The notes beneath the pieces were generated by a model. That model made no database searches, had not been told where the DNA came from, and saw only the letters and a list, made by a program, of their open reading frames with translations. From Balanoglossus misakiensis (Eukaryota; Animalia; Hemichordata), in NCBI GenBank assembly GCA_040954595.2, contig CM082591.2, positions 6,160,266-6,224,265 of the forward strand: 64,000 nucleotides of DNA, in the 5' to 3' direction. Within the stretch, counting starts at the first letter, position 1. Every line of letters starts with the position of its first letter. This document shows positions 51,011-64,000 of this stretch, in pieces. Position numbers and translations under genes: made by a program.

Positions 51011-51435
51011 GATGATTTTCATGAGCTATGACCCATGATTTTTGTCAAAAGATGAAGAAATTTCGACAATTCGCAAAGTCGAAAAATCGTCATTTTTTGA
51101 TGATTTTCATGAGCTATGACCCATGATTTTTGTCAAAAGATGAAGAAATTTCGACAATTCGCAAAGTCGAAAAATCGTCATTTTTTGATGATTTTCACGA
51201 GCTATAGCCCATGATTTTTGTCTAAAGATGAAGAAATTTCGACAATTCGCAAAGTCGAAAAATCGTCGTTTTTTGATGATTTTCATGAGCTATAACCCAT
51301 GATATTTGTCAAAAGATGAAGAAATTTCGACAATTCGCAAAGTCGAAAAATCGTCATTTTTTGATGATTTTCATGAGATATATAACCCATGATTTTTTTC
51401 ACAAAAATGAAGAAATTTCGACAATTCGCAAAGTT
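51011..51435 (-). repeat. Short array (about 4.8 monomers) of the 88-bp satellite, inverted relative to the main array
   Basis: GATGATTTTCATGAGCTAT(G/A)ACCCATGATTTTTG...GCAAAGTCGAAAAATCGTCATTTTT is the reverse complement of the terminal satellite monomer, in a variant form. Confidence 0.92.
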
Positions 51436-51795
51436 CTACATAAATCTCGAATAAAAAAAATATAGTCATAGACTGTTATTATTCACACTACGTTACTTAG
51501 TCTGTAGCCTGCATTTCGTGGGAAATTTGACAAAAATGCGGACTTTATTAATTTCATCTCCTGGGAGGAATCTGCCGTGACCTGGTTGTTTGAACGGTAC
51601 TTTCTTAAGATAATTACCCAGAAAGGAAAGGAAATTGTTTGCCTTCTAGAGCACGTACATCCTTCAGTCACTCAGGTAAAATATTTGAACAGCGTCCAAA
51701 ATAAACTTCCAGCTTGACATTGCGCCAAATTGTTACTTAACGCAATGTGTACTTTTTTTTTCTGCCACGGACAGGATTCTCAAGTTGTTTCCACG

Positions 51796-54700
51796 ATGAC
51801 GTCAACTCTGGTATGTTCGCTTGTCCTTTTGATTGGTCTCTTCTGTCACGTGACCTCGGCAAGACCAATGAATCCGAAAGCCAGGGTAAGGAAAGCTTAT
51901 TCTTGCTCCGCTTGTATATTTGTAGTTTACTAGGAGCCCTGTACAGAGTTTGTAGTTTTCGCACATGCGTAATTGAAACTAAGCTGTTAAAGGATATTAG
52001 CTGAATTCGTGAGTGTTTCTGAAATTTGTATCGACCACAGACTCCATTCTCCACATTCATGGAGCATGCTGAATTGTCCAGTACATGTACATGTATTTTG
52101 TGTCTCAACATACAAATGTATGCGCCATGTATGGATGCGTCACAGATCACTTTGAACTAGACACGTAATGATTCACAGCGTTTCTCCTGCAGGAATACCT
52201 TACACGATACGGATACCTGCAGAAAACACGATCGCCGACCAAGGATGCCATGAAATCCAGCGTGATGAACTTCCAACGAATGGCCAACCTGCCCATGACG
52301 GGGGAGCTGGACAGCGCCACCATGCGGCAAATGCAGATGCCTCGTTGCGGCGTGGAAGATATGATCGGTTCTGCTGTCATGGGCACGGAACTGAACGGCA
52401 CCAGGAGTCGATTCATGCCAAATTCAAGAGAAAAGAGATATGCTTATGGAGGTAAAACTAATTAACATAGTTAAATATGTACTGTCAATTGAATGTATAA
52501 GTTCCGGAGCGGACCGTTCCGAAAAAATCGTTGCTAACCTCTGTGTGATTCAGTTTTGGCCTAGAACACCATTTTTCCAACGAATGTTATCCTACACGTA
52601 ATCTTTCTACTGTTTCTGTATTCTTAACGGAAAGATTATACGTCTACTGTTCGCTTTGCTACATACAAGCTGCGTACAAAATGCTGAAAGATTAGTGACT
52701 ACGTGATAAAATTACGTCATTTCTCTCTGCAGGGACAAAATGGAGGAAGAATGACCTCACCTTCCGGTTCGTCAACTACTCACCGGATATGACTACATCA
52801 GAGCAGAGGAGCGCCATCTACCGGGCATTCGACCATTGGAGGCGCGTGTCGCCGCTCACGTTTACCGAAGTGACGAGTGGAAAAGCTGATCTGCTCATCG
52901 AGTTTGGCGAAGGTGTCCATAGTGACGGTATCCTCGCTGCTTTTGATGGTCCAGGTAGGGTTGTCTGCACTTGCCCTGCTTTGCCGCCCTCAGCGTTTGG
53001 ATCTCGCTATGCCAATTGTGTTCCTCGACTCGTTGGTCAAACGACCAATCAAATTATAATGAATAATGGTTCTGGCTATTGGTGGAAATTGTTTTAAATG
53101 ACTTGCAGCATTAGCAAATTTCGGAGTTGTGACTGATTATTTTCTATGGTATTGGCAGTATGTCCTACGTTCAAATGCCTTAAAATACAAATCCCAATAT
53201 GTCGCGAGTTTAAACCTTTTATTTATTTTGTAAAGTTTGAGCCTGATTTTCGGGGTGCAAACTGCCGTTAATACATTAACGATAATTTTTCTCCTACTTT
53301 CCATTCAGGTGGTATCTTGGCGCATGCGTACTTCCCAGAGGACGGAGATTTGCATTTTGACGACGCAGAAGATTTCACTGTGCATTCCAGTCGAGGCACG
53401 GATCTCGACTTCGTGGCTTTGCACGAGCTGGGCCACAGCATTGGTCTGAGTCATTCCGACGTAAGGGGCGCTGTCATGCAACCGTTCTACCCCGGCTACA
53501 ATGCCAATTTGCGACTCCACGACGACGATATAGCCGGGATTCAAAATTTGTATGGTATGTGCAGCCCAATTCTTCATAATAACAATATCCAATGACCAGA
53601 CACGAAGCAATTCTGTGCGCCTATAGGCACAGACATGTGGACTGCGGTAGACTGCCAGTGATACAGTGAACCACAGACAAAGAGTGAACAGACAAAACTG
53701 ACTTCGTTTGCTTGTAACTTATCTACACTTCAGATGTCATGGTTGAAAGTATAAGACCAAAGTCTTGGGTGTTACTCTAACAATGGTGACGACGACGGTA
53801 ATTTCACTTCCTTCGTTCGGTCGATGTCACTCTACTATCAATATATATACTGGTTGTTATTATAAACCATTAATGATGGCGTGCCTTTACAAACTCTTCT
53901 TCTGCAACACACTCTAACCAAAACAAAATCTTTCCCTTTTAAACATTGTTCGTACACGCAGGCAGACCATATAACAATGGCGTCGACAGCGACTCGGAAG
54001 AACACACTGATGCGCCGATCGTGACGAGAAAGCCCCAACCGGGCGAGTCGGATGAGAGCGAGGAAGTTCCAGACACGTGTACGGTCAACTTTGATGCAGT
54101 ATTCACAGGTATAGTACCGGTAAAATTAACATGTAAATTAGTCACAATAAAAAACAGTCGTCACACACAAAACCAATATGACACCAGTCGAGAATACAAG
54201 AAATACAGACAGACCGGCAGACAATTAGACAGAGAGACAAACAAACAGACAGACAAACAAACAAACAAACAAACAAACATACAGACCTAGTCTTACCAAG
54301 AGACAAAGAAACGAACAGCTTTTAAGAATAGAAAATATTTATGCGTACAGATACAGGTTAATGATTCATTCTGATAGTCAGACAACAGTCGTGTATTAGT
54401 TATTACATGTATAATGTACCTCTATCAGTACCCGTGTAGGCCCGCACATAGTAATTACCAGAGACGTCTTGTACAAACAGTGACACTTCACGAAGTTAAT
54501 GAATAATTCATTTCAGACTCAAATGGCGAAACATTTGCTGTGAAGAAGAAACACATTTGGAAAATCACCAGTGAGGGCGTTGCCGATGGATATCCGGTGA
54601 AACTGAGTCAAGAATTTCGTGGTCTCCCAGGCAACATAAACACCGGTTTCACTGCACCCAATGGTAGAACGTACTTCTTTAAAGGTAAGCCGCGGGTGCA

Positions 54701-55316
54701 ATGACCCGAGAAGATGGCCGTTCCGAACGGCCATCTTTTCGGTTCCGAACGGGATGACTGTTTAATCTGCAATAAATGTTTTCTCAATCAGCGTGGAAAA
54801 ATATTCACATACATCATATATTGATATGTTATCATCGTTTGATTCGGTTAAAAATTGACTTTTGAAACCACTACGATTTTGTCGCACCCTCTTTTGCTCA
54901 AATGTAGGCCCTATTTCATGTATTGTGTTGATCGATCTCTTATAGGGACTCGCTACTGGCGTTTCTATGGCCACGAGCTGGAGCCAGGCTATCCCAGAAG
55001 CCTCCAGGGCACCGGCGTGCCCCGTAACCCGGATGCTGCGTTCGTCTGGGGCGGCGACAGGAAAATTTACTTTTTCAAAGGGTCGAAGTACTATCTGTGG
55101 AGCGACTTCACCGAGTCAGTTATCCCGGGCGGCGTGCGCTACATCCGGAAGCACTGGAGACGCGTGCCGTCAAAAATCGACGCCGCGTTCCGCTGGATGG
55201 ACGGCAAAACCTACTTCTTCAAAGGCGACAAGTACTACCAATATGACGACATGAAGATGAAAGTGGCAGACGGGTTTCCCAAGTCCAAATCCGCGGACTG
55301 GTTTGGATGCATGTAG
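51796..55316 (+). CDS. Matrix metalloproteinase B (peptidase M10A), paralogue of MMP-A
   Basis: Exons 51796-51885, 52193-52451, 52733-52954, 53309-53554, 53962-54108, 54517-54684 and 54946-55316 join in frame. Motifs: PRCGVED, REKR, HELGHSIGLSH, AVMQP, and a hemopexin domain ending WFGCM. Confidence 0.96.
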
Positions 55317-55654
55317 TCAGTTCTCCGCTAAATAATTAGTATTGGAGCTGCCAAGCAGTCGCACAAACTAGTTGACTACAGTTAATCAGAAAACAAAATG
55401 TCGTTCGTGGGTAATTTTAGTTACATTTTATAAAAATAGCGTCAAGGACACTGTGGTCCCATTTGAAGATGACGCGAAAGTATTTGTTCAGAGCGGCTAG
55501 CATGTTGAAATCATACAGGCGGTTTTCAAAAAACAAAAAATTGACTTTGTGAAAATATATACGGTGGTCTCAAACGGTGGTGATAAAATATGAACAGGCG
55601 AGTTTTTTCGCACCTTTCGCCAAACACTTTTAATACCATGACAGACTCCATTAT

Positions 55655-58600
55655 GCAATTTTTCGACTTTGAAAATTTTCAAAAATTCTTCATTTTTAAT
55701 AAAAAATCATGGGTTTAGCTCATGAAAATCATCAAAAAATGCCAATTCTTCGACTTTGTAAATTTTCAAAAATTCTTCATTTTTAATAAAAAATCATGGG
55801 TTTAGCTCATGAAAATCATCAAAAAATGCCAATTTTTCGACTTTGTAAATTTTCAAAAATTCTTCATTTTTAATAAAAAATCATGGGTTATAGCTCATGA
55901 AAATCATCAAAAAATGCCAATTTTTCGACTTTGTAAATTTTCAAAAATTCTTCATTTTTGATAAAAATCATGGGTTATAGCCCATGTAAATTACCCAAAA
56001 ATGACGATTTTTCGACTTTGCGAAGTATCGAAATTTCGTCATTTTTTTGAAAAAAATCATGGGTTATAGCTCATGAAAATCATCCCAAAATGACAATTTT
56101 TCGACTTTGCGAAATATCGAAATTTCGTCATTTTTTTGAAAAAATCATGGGTTATAGCTCATGAAAATCATCCCAAAATGACAATTTTTCGACTTTGCGA
56201 AATATCGAAATTTCGTCATTTTTTTGAAAAAATCATGGGTTATAGCTCATGAAAATCATCCGAAAATGACAATTTTTCGACTTTGCGAAATATCGAAATT
56301 TCGTCATTTTTTTGAAAAAATCATGGGTTATAGCTCATGAAAATCATCCAAAAATGAAAATTTTTCGACTTTGCGAAATATCGAAATTTCGTAATTTTTT
56401 TGAAAAAATCATGGGTTATAGCCCATGAAAATCATCCGAAAATGACAATTTTTCGACTTTGCGAAATATCGAAATTTCGTCATTTTTTTGAACAAATCAT
56501 GGGTTATAGCTCATGAAAATCATCCAAAATTGACAATTTTTCGACTTTGCGAAATATCAAAAATTCTTCATTTTTTGATAAAAATCATGGGTTATAGCCC
56601 ATGTAAATTACCCAAAAATGACGATTTTTCGACTTTGCGAAGTATCGAAATTTCGTCATTTTTTTGAAAAAATCATGGGTTATAGCTCATGAAAATCATC
56701 CAAAAATGACAATTTTTCGACTTTGCGAAATATCGAAATTTCGTCATTTTTTTGAAAAAATCATGGGTTATAGCTCATGAAAATCATCCAAAAATGACAA
56801 TTTTTCGACTTTGCGAAATATCGAAATTTCGTCATTTTTTTGAAAAAATCATGGGTTATAGCTCATGAAAATCATCCGAAAATGACAATTTTTCGACTTT
56901 GCAAAATATCGAAATTTCGTCATTTTTTTGAAAAAATCATGGGTTATAGCTCATGAAAATCATCCGAAAATGAAAATTTTTCGACTTTGCGAAATATCGA
57001 AATTTCGTCATTTTTTGAAAAAATCATGGGTTATAGCTCATGAAAATCGTCCAAAAATGACAATTTTTCGACTTTGCGAAATATCGAAATTTCGTCATTT
57101 TTTTGAAAAAATCATGGGTTATAGCTCATGAAAATCATCCAAAATTGACAATTTTTCGACTTTGCGAAATATGGAAATTTCGTCATTTTTTTGAAAAAAT
57201 CATGGGTTATAGCTCATGAAAATCATCAAAAAATGCCAATTTTTTGACTTTGTAAATTTTCAAAAATTCTTCATTTTTAATAAAAATCATGGGTTATAGC
57301 CCATGAAAATCACCCAAAAATGACGATTTTTCGACATTGCGAAATATCAAAAATTCTTCATTTTTTTGAAAAAATCATGGGTTATAGCTCATGAAAATCA
57401 TCCAAAAATGACGATTTTTCGACTTTGCGAAATATCGAAATTTCGTCATTTTTTTGAAAAAATCATGGGTTATAGCTCATGAAAATCATCCAAAAATGAC
57501 AATTTTTCGACTTTGTAAATTTTCAAAAATTCTTCATTTTTAATAAAAATCATGGGTTATAGCCCATGAAAATCACCCAAAAATGACGATTTTTCGACAT
57601 TGCGAAATATCAAAAATTCTTCATTTTTTTGAAAAAATCATGGGTTATAGCTCATGAAAATCATCCAAAAATGACGATTTTTCGACTTTGCGAAATATCG
57701 AAATTTCGTCATTTTTTTGAAAAAATCATGGGTTATAGCTCATGAAAATCATCCGAAAATGACAATTTTTCGACTTTGCGAAATATCAAAAATTCTTCAT
57801 TTTTTTGAAAAAATCATTGGTTATAGCTCATGGAAGTCATCCAAAAATGACAATTTTTCGACTTTGCGAAATATCGAAATTTCGTCATTTTTTTGAAAAA
57901 ATCATGGGTTATAGCTCATGAAAATCATCCGAAAATGACAATTTTTCGATTTTGCGAAATATCAAAAATTCTTCATTTTTTTGAAAAAATCATGGGTTAT
58001 AGCTCATGAAAATCATCCAAAAATGACAATTTTTCGACTTTGCGAAATATCGAAATTTCGTCATTTTTTTGAAAAAATCATGGGTTATAGCTCATGAAAA
58101 TCATCCGAAAATGACAATTTTTCGACTTTGCGAAATATCGAAATTTCGTCATTTTTTTGAAAAAATCATGGGTTATAGCTCATGAAAATCATCCGAAAAT
58201 GACAATTTTTCGACTTTGCGAAATATCCAAATTTCGTCATTTTTTTGAAAAAATCATGGGTTATAGCCCATGAAAATCATCCAAAAATGACAATTTTTCG
58301 ACTTTGCGAAATATCGAAATTTCGTCATTTTTTTGAAAAAATCATGGGTTATAGCTCATGAAAATCATCCGAAAATGACAATTTTTCGACTTTGCGAAAT
58401 ATCGAAATTTCGTCATTTTTTTGAAAAAATCATGGGTTATAGCTCATGAAAATCATCCAAAAATTGTCAATGTCGGGTTATAGCTCATGAAAATCATCCA
58501 AAAATGACAATTTTTCGACTTTGCGAAATATCGAAATTTCGTCATTTTTTTGAAAAAATCATGGGTTATAGCTCATGAAAATCATCCAAAAATGACAATT

Positions 58601-61600
58601 TTTCGACTTTGCGAAATATCGAAATTTCGTCATTTTTTTGAAAAAATCATGGGTTATAGCTCATGAAAATCATCCAAAAATGACAATTTTTCGACTTTGC
58701 GAAATATCGAAATTTCGTGATTTTTTTGAAAAAATCATGGGTTATAGCTCATGAAAATCATCCAAAAATGACAATTTTTCGACTTTGCGAAATATCGAAA
58801 TTTCGTCATTTTTTTGAAAAAATCATGGGTTATAGCTCATGAAAATCATCCAAAAATGACAATTTTTCGACTTTGCCAAATATCGAAATTTCGTCATTTT
58901 TTTGAAAAAATCATGGGTTATAGCTCATGAAAATCATCCAAAAATGACAATTTTTCGACTTTGCGAAATATCGAAATTTCGTCATTTTTTTTGAAAAAAT
59001 CATGGGTTATAGCCCATGAAAATCATCCAAAAATGACAATTTTTCGACTTTGCGAAATATCGAAATTTCGTCATTTTTTTGAAAAAATCATGGGTTATAG
59101 CCCATGAAAATCATCCAAAAATGACAATTTTTCGACTTTGCGAAATATCGAAATTTCGTCATTTTTTTGTAAAAATCATGGGTTATAGCGCATGAAAATC
59201 ATCCGAAAATGACAATTTTTCGACTTTGCGAAATATCGAAATTTCGTCATTTTTTTGAAAAAATCATGGGTTATAGCTCATGAAAATCATCCGAAAATGA
59301 CAATTTTTCGACTTTGCGAAATATCGAAATTTCGTCATTTTTTTGAAAAAATCATGGGTTATAGCTCATGAAAATCATCCAAAAATGACAATTTTTCGAC
59401 TTTGCGAAATATCGAAATTCCGTCATTTTTTTTGAAAAAATCATGGGTTATAGCTGATAAAAATCATCCGAAAATGACAATTTTTCGACTTTGCGAAATA
59501 TCGAAATTTCGTCATTTTTTTGAAAAAATCATGGGTTATAGACCATGAAAATCATCCAAAAATGACAATTTTTCGACTTTACGAAATATCGAAATTTCGT
59601 CATTTTTTTGTAAAAATCATGGGTTATAGCTCATGAAAATCATCCAAAATTGACAATTTTTCGACTTTGCGAAATATCGAAATTTCGTCATTTTTTTGTA
59701 AAAATCATGGGTTATAGCCCATGAAAATCATCCGAAATTGACAATTTATCGACTTTGCGAAATATCGAAATTTCGTCATGTTTTTGTAAAAATCATGGGT
59801 TATAGCTCATGAAAATCATCCGAAAATGACAATTTTTCGACTTTGCGAAATATCGAAATTTCGTCATGTTTTTGAAAAAATCATGGGTTATAGCTCATGA
59901 AAATCATCCAAAAATGACAATTTTTCGACTTTGCGAAATATCGAAATTTCGTCATTTTTTTTGAAAAAATCATGGGTTATAGCCCATGAAAATCATCCAA
60001 AAATGACAATTTTTCGACTTTGCGAAATATCGAAATTTCGTCATTTTTTTGAAAAAATCATGGGTTATAGCCCATGAAAATCATCCAAAAATGACAATTT
60101 TTCGACTTTGCGAAATATCGAAATTTCGTCATTTTTTTGAAAAAATCATGGGTTATAGCCCATGAAAATCATCCAAAAATGACAATTTTTCGACTTTGCG
60201 AAATATCGAAATTTCGTCATTTTTTTGAAAAAATCATGGGTTATAGCCCATGAAAATCATCCAAAAATGACAATTTTTCGACTTTGCGAAATATCGAAAT
60301 TTCGTCATTTTTTCGAAAAAATCATGGGTTATAGCTCATGAAAATCATCCAAAAATGACAATTTTTCGACTTTGCGAAATATCGAAATTTCGTCATTTTT
60401 TTGAAAAAATCATGGGTTATAGCTCATAAAAATCATCCAAAAATGACAATTTTTCGACTTTGCGAAATATCGAAATTTCGTCATTTTTTTGAAAAAATCA
60501 TGGGTTATAGCTCATGAAAATCATCCAAAAATGACAATTTTTCGACTTTGCGAAATATCGAAATTTCATCATTTTTTTTGAAAAAATCATGGGTTATAGC
60601 TCATGAAAATCATCCAAATATGATAATTTTTCGACTTTGCGAAATATCGAAATTTCGTCATTTTTTTGAAAAAATCATGGGTTATAGCTCATGAAAATCA
60701 TCCAAAAATGACAATTTTTCGACTTTGCGAAATATCGAAATTTCGTCATTTTTTTGAAAAAATCATGGGTTATAGCTCATGAAAATCATCCAAAAATGAC
60801 AATTTTTCGACTTTGCGAAATATCGAAATTTCGTCATTTTTTTTTAAAAAAATCATGGGTTATAGCCCATGAAAATCATCCAAAAATGACAATTTTTCGA
60901 CTTTGCGAAATATCGAAATTTCGTCATTTTTTTGAAAAAATCATGGGTTATAGCCTATGAAAATCATCCAAAAATGACAATTTTTCGACTTTGCGAAATA
61001 TCGAAATTTCGTCATTTTTTTGAAAAAATCATGGGTTATAGCCCATGAAAATCATCCAAAAATGACAATTTTTCGACTTTGCGAAATATCGAAATTTCGT
61101 CATTTTTTTGAAAAAATCATGGGTTATAGCCCATGAAAATCATCCAAAAATGACAATTTTTCGACTTTGCGAAATATCGAAATTTCGTCATTTTTTCGAA
61201 AAAATCATGGGTTATAGCTCATGAAAATCATCCAAAAATGACAATATTTCGACTTTGCGAAATATCGAAATTTCGTCATTTTTTTGAAAAAATCATGGGT
61301 TATAGCTCATGAAAATCATCCAAAAATGACAATTTTTCGACTTTGCGAAATATCGAAATTTCGTCATTTTTTTGAAAAAATCATGGGTTATAGCTCATGA
61401 AAATCATCCAAAAATGACAATTTTTCGACTTTGCGAAATATCGAAATTTTGTCATTTTTTTGAAAAAATCATGGGTTATAGCTCATGAAAATCATCCAAA
61501 AATGACAATTTTTCGACTTTGCGAAAAATCGAAATTTCGTCATTTTTTTTGAAAAAATCATGGGTTATAGCCCATGAAAATCATCCAAAAATGACAATTT

Positions 61601-64000
61601 TTCGACTTTGCGAAATATCGAAATTTCGTCATTTTTTTTGAAAAAATCATGGGTTATAGCCCATGAAAATCATCCAAAAATGACAATTTTTCGACTTTGC
61701 GAAATATCGAAATTTCGTCATTTTTTTGAAAAAATCATGGGTTATAGCCCATGAAAATCATCCAAAAATGACAATTTTTCGACTTTGCGAAATATCGAAA
61801 TTTCGTCATTTTTTTGAAAAAATCATGGGTTATAGCCCATGAAAATCATCCAAAAATGACAATTTTTCGACTTTGCGAAATATCGAAATTTCGTCATTTT
61901 TTTGAAAAAATCATGGGTTATAGCCCATGAAAATCATCCAAAAATGACAATTTTTCGACTTTGCGAAATATCGAAATTTCGTCATTTTTTCGAAAAAATC
62001 ATGGGTTATAGCTCATGAAAATCATCCAAAAATGACAATATTTCGACTTTGCGAAATATCGAAATTTCGTCATTTTTTTGAAAAAATCATGGGTTATAGC
62101 TCATGAAAATCATCCAAAAATGACAATTTTTCGACTTTGCGAAATATCGAAATTTCGTCATTTTTTTGAAAAAATCATGGGTTATAGCTCATGAAAATCA
62201 TCCAAAAATGACAATTTTTCGACTTTGCGAAATATCGAAATTTCGTCATTTTTTTGAAAAAATCATGGGTTATAGCACATGAAAATCATCCAAAAATGAC
62301 AATTTTTCGACTTTGCGAAATATCGAAATTTCGTCATTTTTTTTGAAAAAATCATGGGTTATAGCCCATGAAAATCATCCAAAAATGACAATTTTTCGAC
62401 TTTGCGAAATATCGAAATTTCGTCATTTTTTTGAAAAAATCATGGGTTATAGCCCATGAAAATCATCCAAAAATGACAATTTTTCGACTTTGCGAAATAT
62501 CGAAATTTCGTCATTTTTTCGAAAAAATCATGGGTTATAGCCCATGAAAATCATCCAAAAATGACAATTTTTCGACTTTGCGAAATATCGAAATTTCGTC
62601 ATTTTTTCGAAAAAATCATGGGTTATAGCCCATGAAAATCATCCAAAATTGACAATTTTTCGACTTTGCCAAATATCGAAATTTCGTCATTTTTTTGAAA
62701 AAATCATGGGTTATAGCCCATGAAAATCATCCAAAAATGACAATTTTTCGACTTTGCGAAATATCGAAATTTCGTCATTTTTTTGAAAAAATCATGGGTT
62801 ATAGCACATGAAAATCATCCAAAAATGACAATTTTTCGACTTTGCGAAATATCGAAATTTCGTCATTTTTTTCGAAAAAATCATGGGTTATAGCCCATGA
62901 AAATCATCCAAAATTGACAATTTTTCGACTTTGCGAAATATCGAAATTTCGTCATATTTTCGAAAAAATCATGGGTTATAGCCCATGAAAATCATCCAAA
63001 AATGACAATTTTTCGACTTTGCGAAATATCGAAATTTCGTCAAATTTTCGAAAAAATCATGGGTTATAGCCCATGAAAATCATCCAAAATTGACAATTTT
63101 TCGACTTTGCGAAATATCGAAATTTCGTCATTTTTTTGAAAAAATCATGGGTTATAGCTCATGAAAATCATCCAAAAATGACAATTTTTCGACTTTGCGA
63201 AATATCGAAATTTCGTCATTTTTTTGAAAAAATCATGGGTTATAGCCCATGAAAATCATCCAAAATTGACAATTTTTCGACTTTGCGAAATATCGAAATT
63301 TCGTCATTTTTTTGAAAAAATCATGGGTTATAGCTCATGAAAATCATCCAAAAATGACAATTTTTCGACTTTGCGAAATATCGAAATTTCGTCATTTTTT
63401 TGAAAAAATCATGGGGTATAGCCCATGAAAATCATCCAAAAATGACAATTTTTCGACTTTGCCAAATATCGAAATTTCGTCATTTTTTGAAAAAATCATG
63501 GGTTATAGCCCATGAAAATCATCCAAAATTGACAATTTTTCGACTTTGCCAAATATCGAAATTTCGTCATTTTTTTGAAAAAATCATGGGTTATAGCCCA
63601 TGAAAATCATCCAAAAATGACAATTTTTCGACTTTGCGAAATATCGAAATTTCGTCATTTTTTTGAAAAAATCATGGGTTATAGCACATGAAAATCATCC
63701 AAAAATGACAATTTTTCGACTTTGCGAAATATCGAAATTTCGTCATTTTTTTCGAAAAAATCATGGGTTATAGCCCATGAAAATCATCCAAAATTGACAA
63801 TTTTTCGACTTTGCGAAATATCGAAATTTCGTCATATTTTCGAAAAAATCATGGGTTATAGCCCATGAAAATCATCCAAAAATGACAATTTTTCGACTTT
63901 GCGAAATATCGAAATTTCGTCATATTTTCGAAAAAATCATGGGTTATAGCCCATGAAAATCATCCAAAATTGACAATTTTTCGACTTTGCGAAATATCGA
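55655..64000 (+). repeat. 88-bp AT-rich satellite DNA array (about 95 monomers visible, continues beyond the window)
   Basis: Consensus AAAAAATCATGGGTTATAGC(T/C)CATGAAAATCATCCAAAAATGACAATTTTTCGACTTTGCGAAATATCGAAATTTCGTCATTTTTTTG; period 88 (e.g. 58561 to 58649). Confidence 0.98.

Noticed and set aside
54711-54737. Small perfect hairpin AAGATGGCCGTTCCGAACGGCCATCTT in an MMP-B intron
   Set aside because: It resembles a bacterial terminator, but the context is a eukaryotic intron. It is probably a repeat remnant and no function can be supported.
55655-64000. CRISPR-like regular repeats, and short ORFs such as MKKSWVIAHENHPK
   Set aside because: The monomers are head-to-tail with no unique spacers, there are no cas genes, and the context is eukaryotic. 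The ORFs are incidental satellite translations.

Overview
This is eukaryotic, intron-rich animal DNA. The gene and repeat content suggests a marine invertebrate deuterostome such as a hemichordate, but that is inference. In order, the window holds: (1) the 3' part of a spliced DUF885-family gene on +, with two GC-AG introns and one apparent frameshift; (2) two paralogous minus-strand genes from a ~16.57-kb-offset segmental duplication. They share a near-identical type-II membrane anchor and four Cys-patterned stalk domains, but end in unrelated lectin-like heads: Cys-rich repeats plus an F-type-lectin-like domain in copy A, and a tectonin/tachylectin-like beta-propeller in copy B; (3) a 3408-bp tandem amplification with (ACAT)n tracts and MITEs, followed by an orphan NRF-6-like exon; (4) two complete matrix metalloproteinase genes on +, with a CD225/dispanin gene on - between them; (5) a 4.7-kb foldback Academ-type transposon nested in a smaller element with a 9-bp TSD, plus several TTAA-flanked Kolobok-like MITEs; (6) an 88-bp satellite array running off the right end, with a short inverted array inside MMP-B and part of one monomer inside a MITE. 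Exon coordinates were read by eye and may be off by a few bases.
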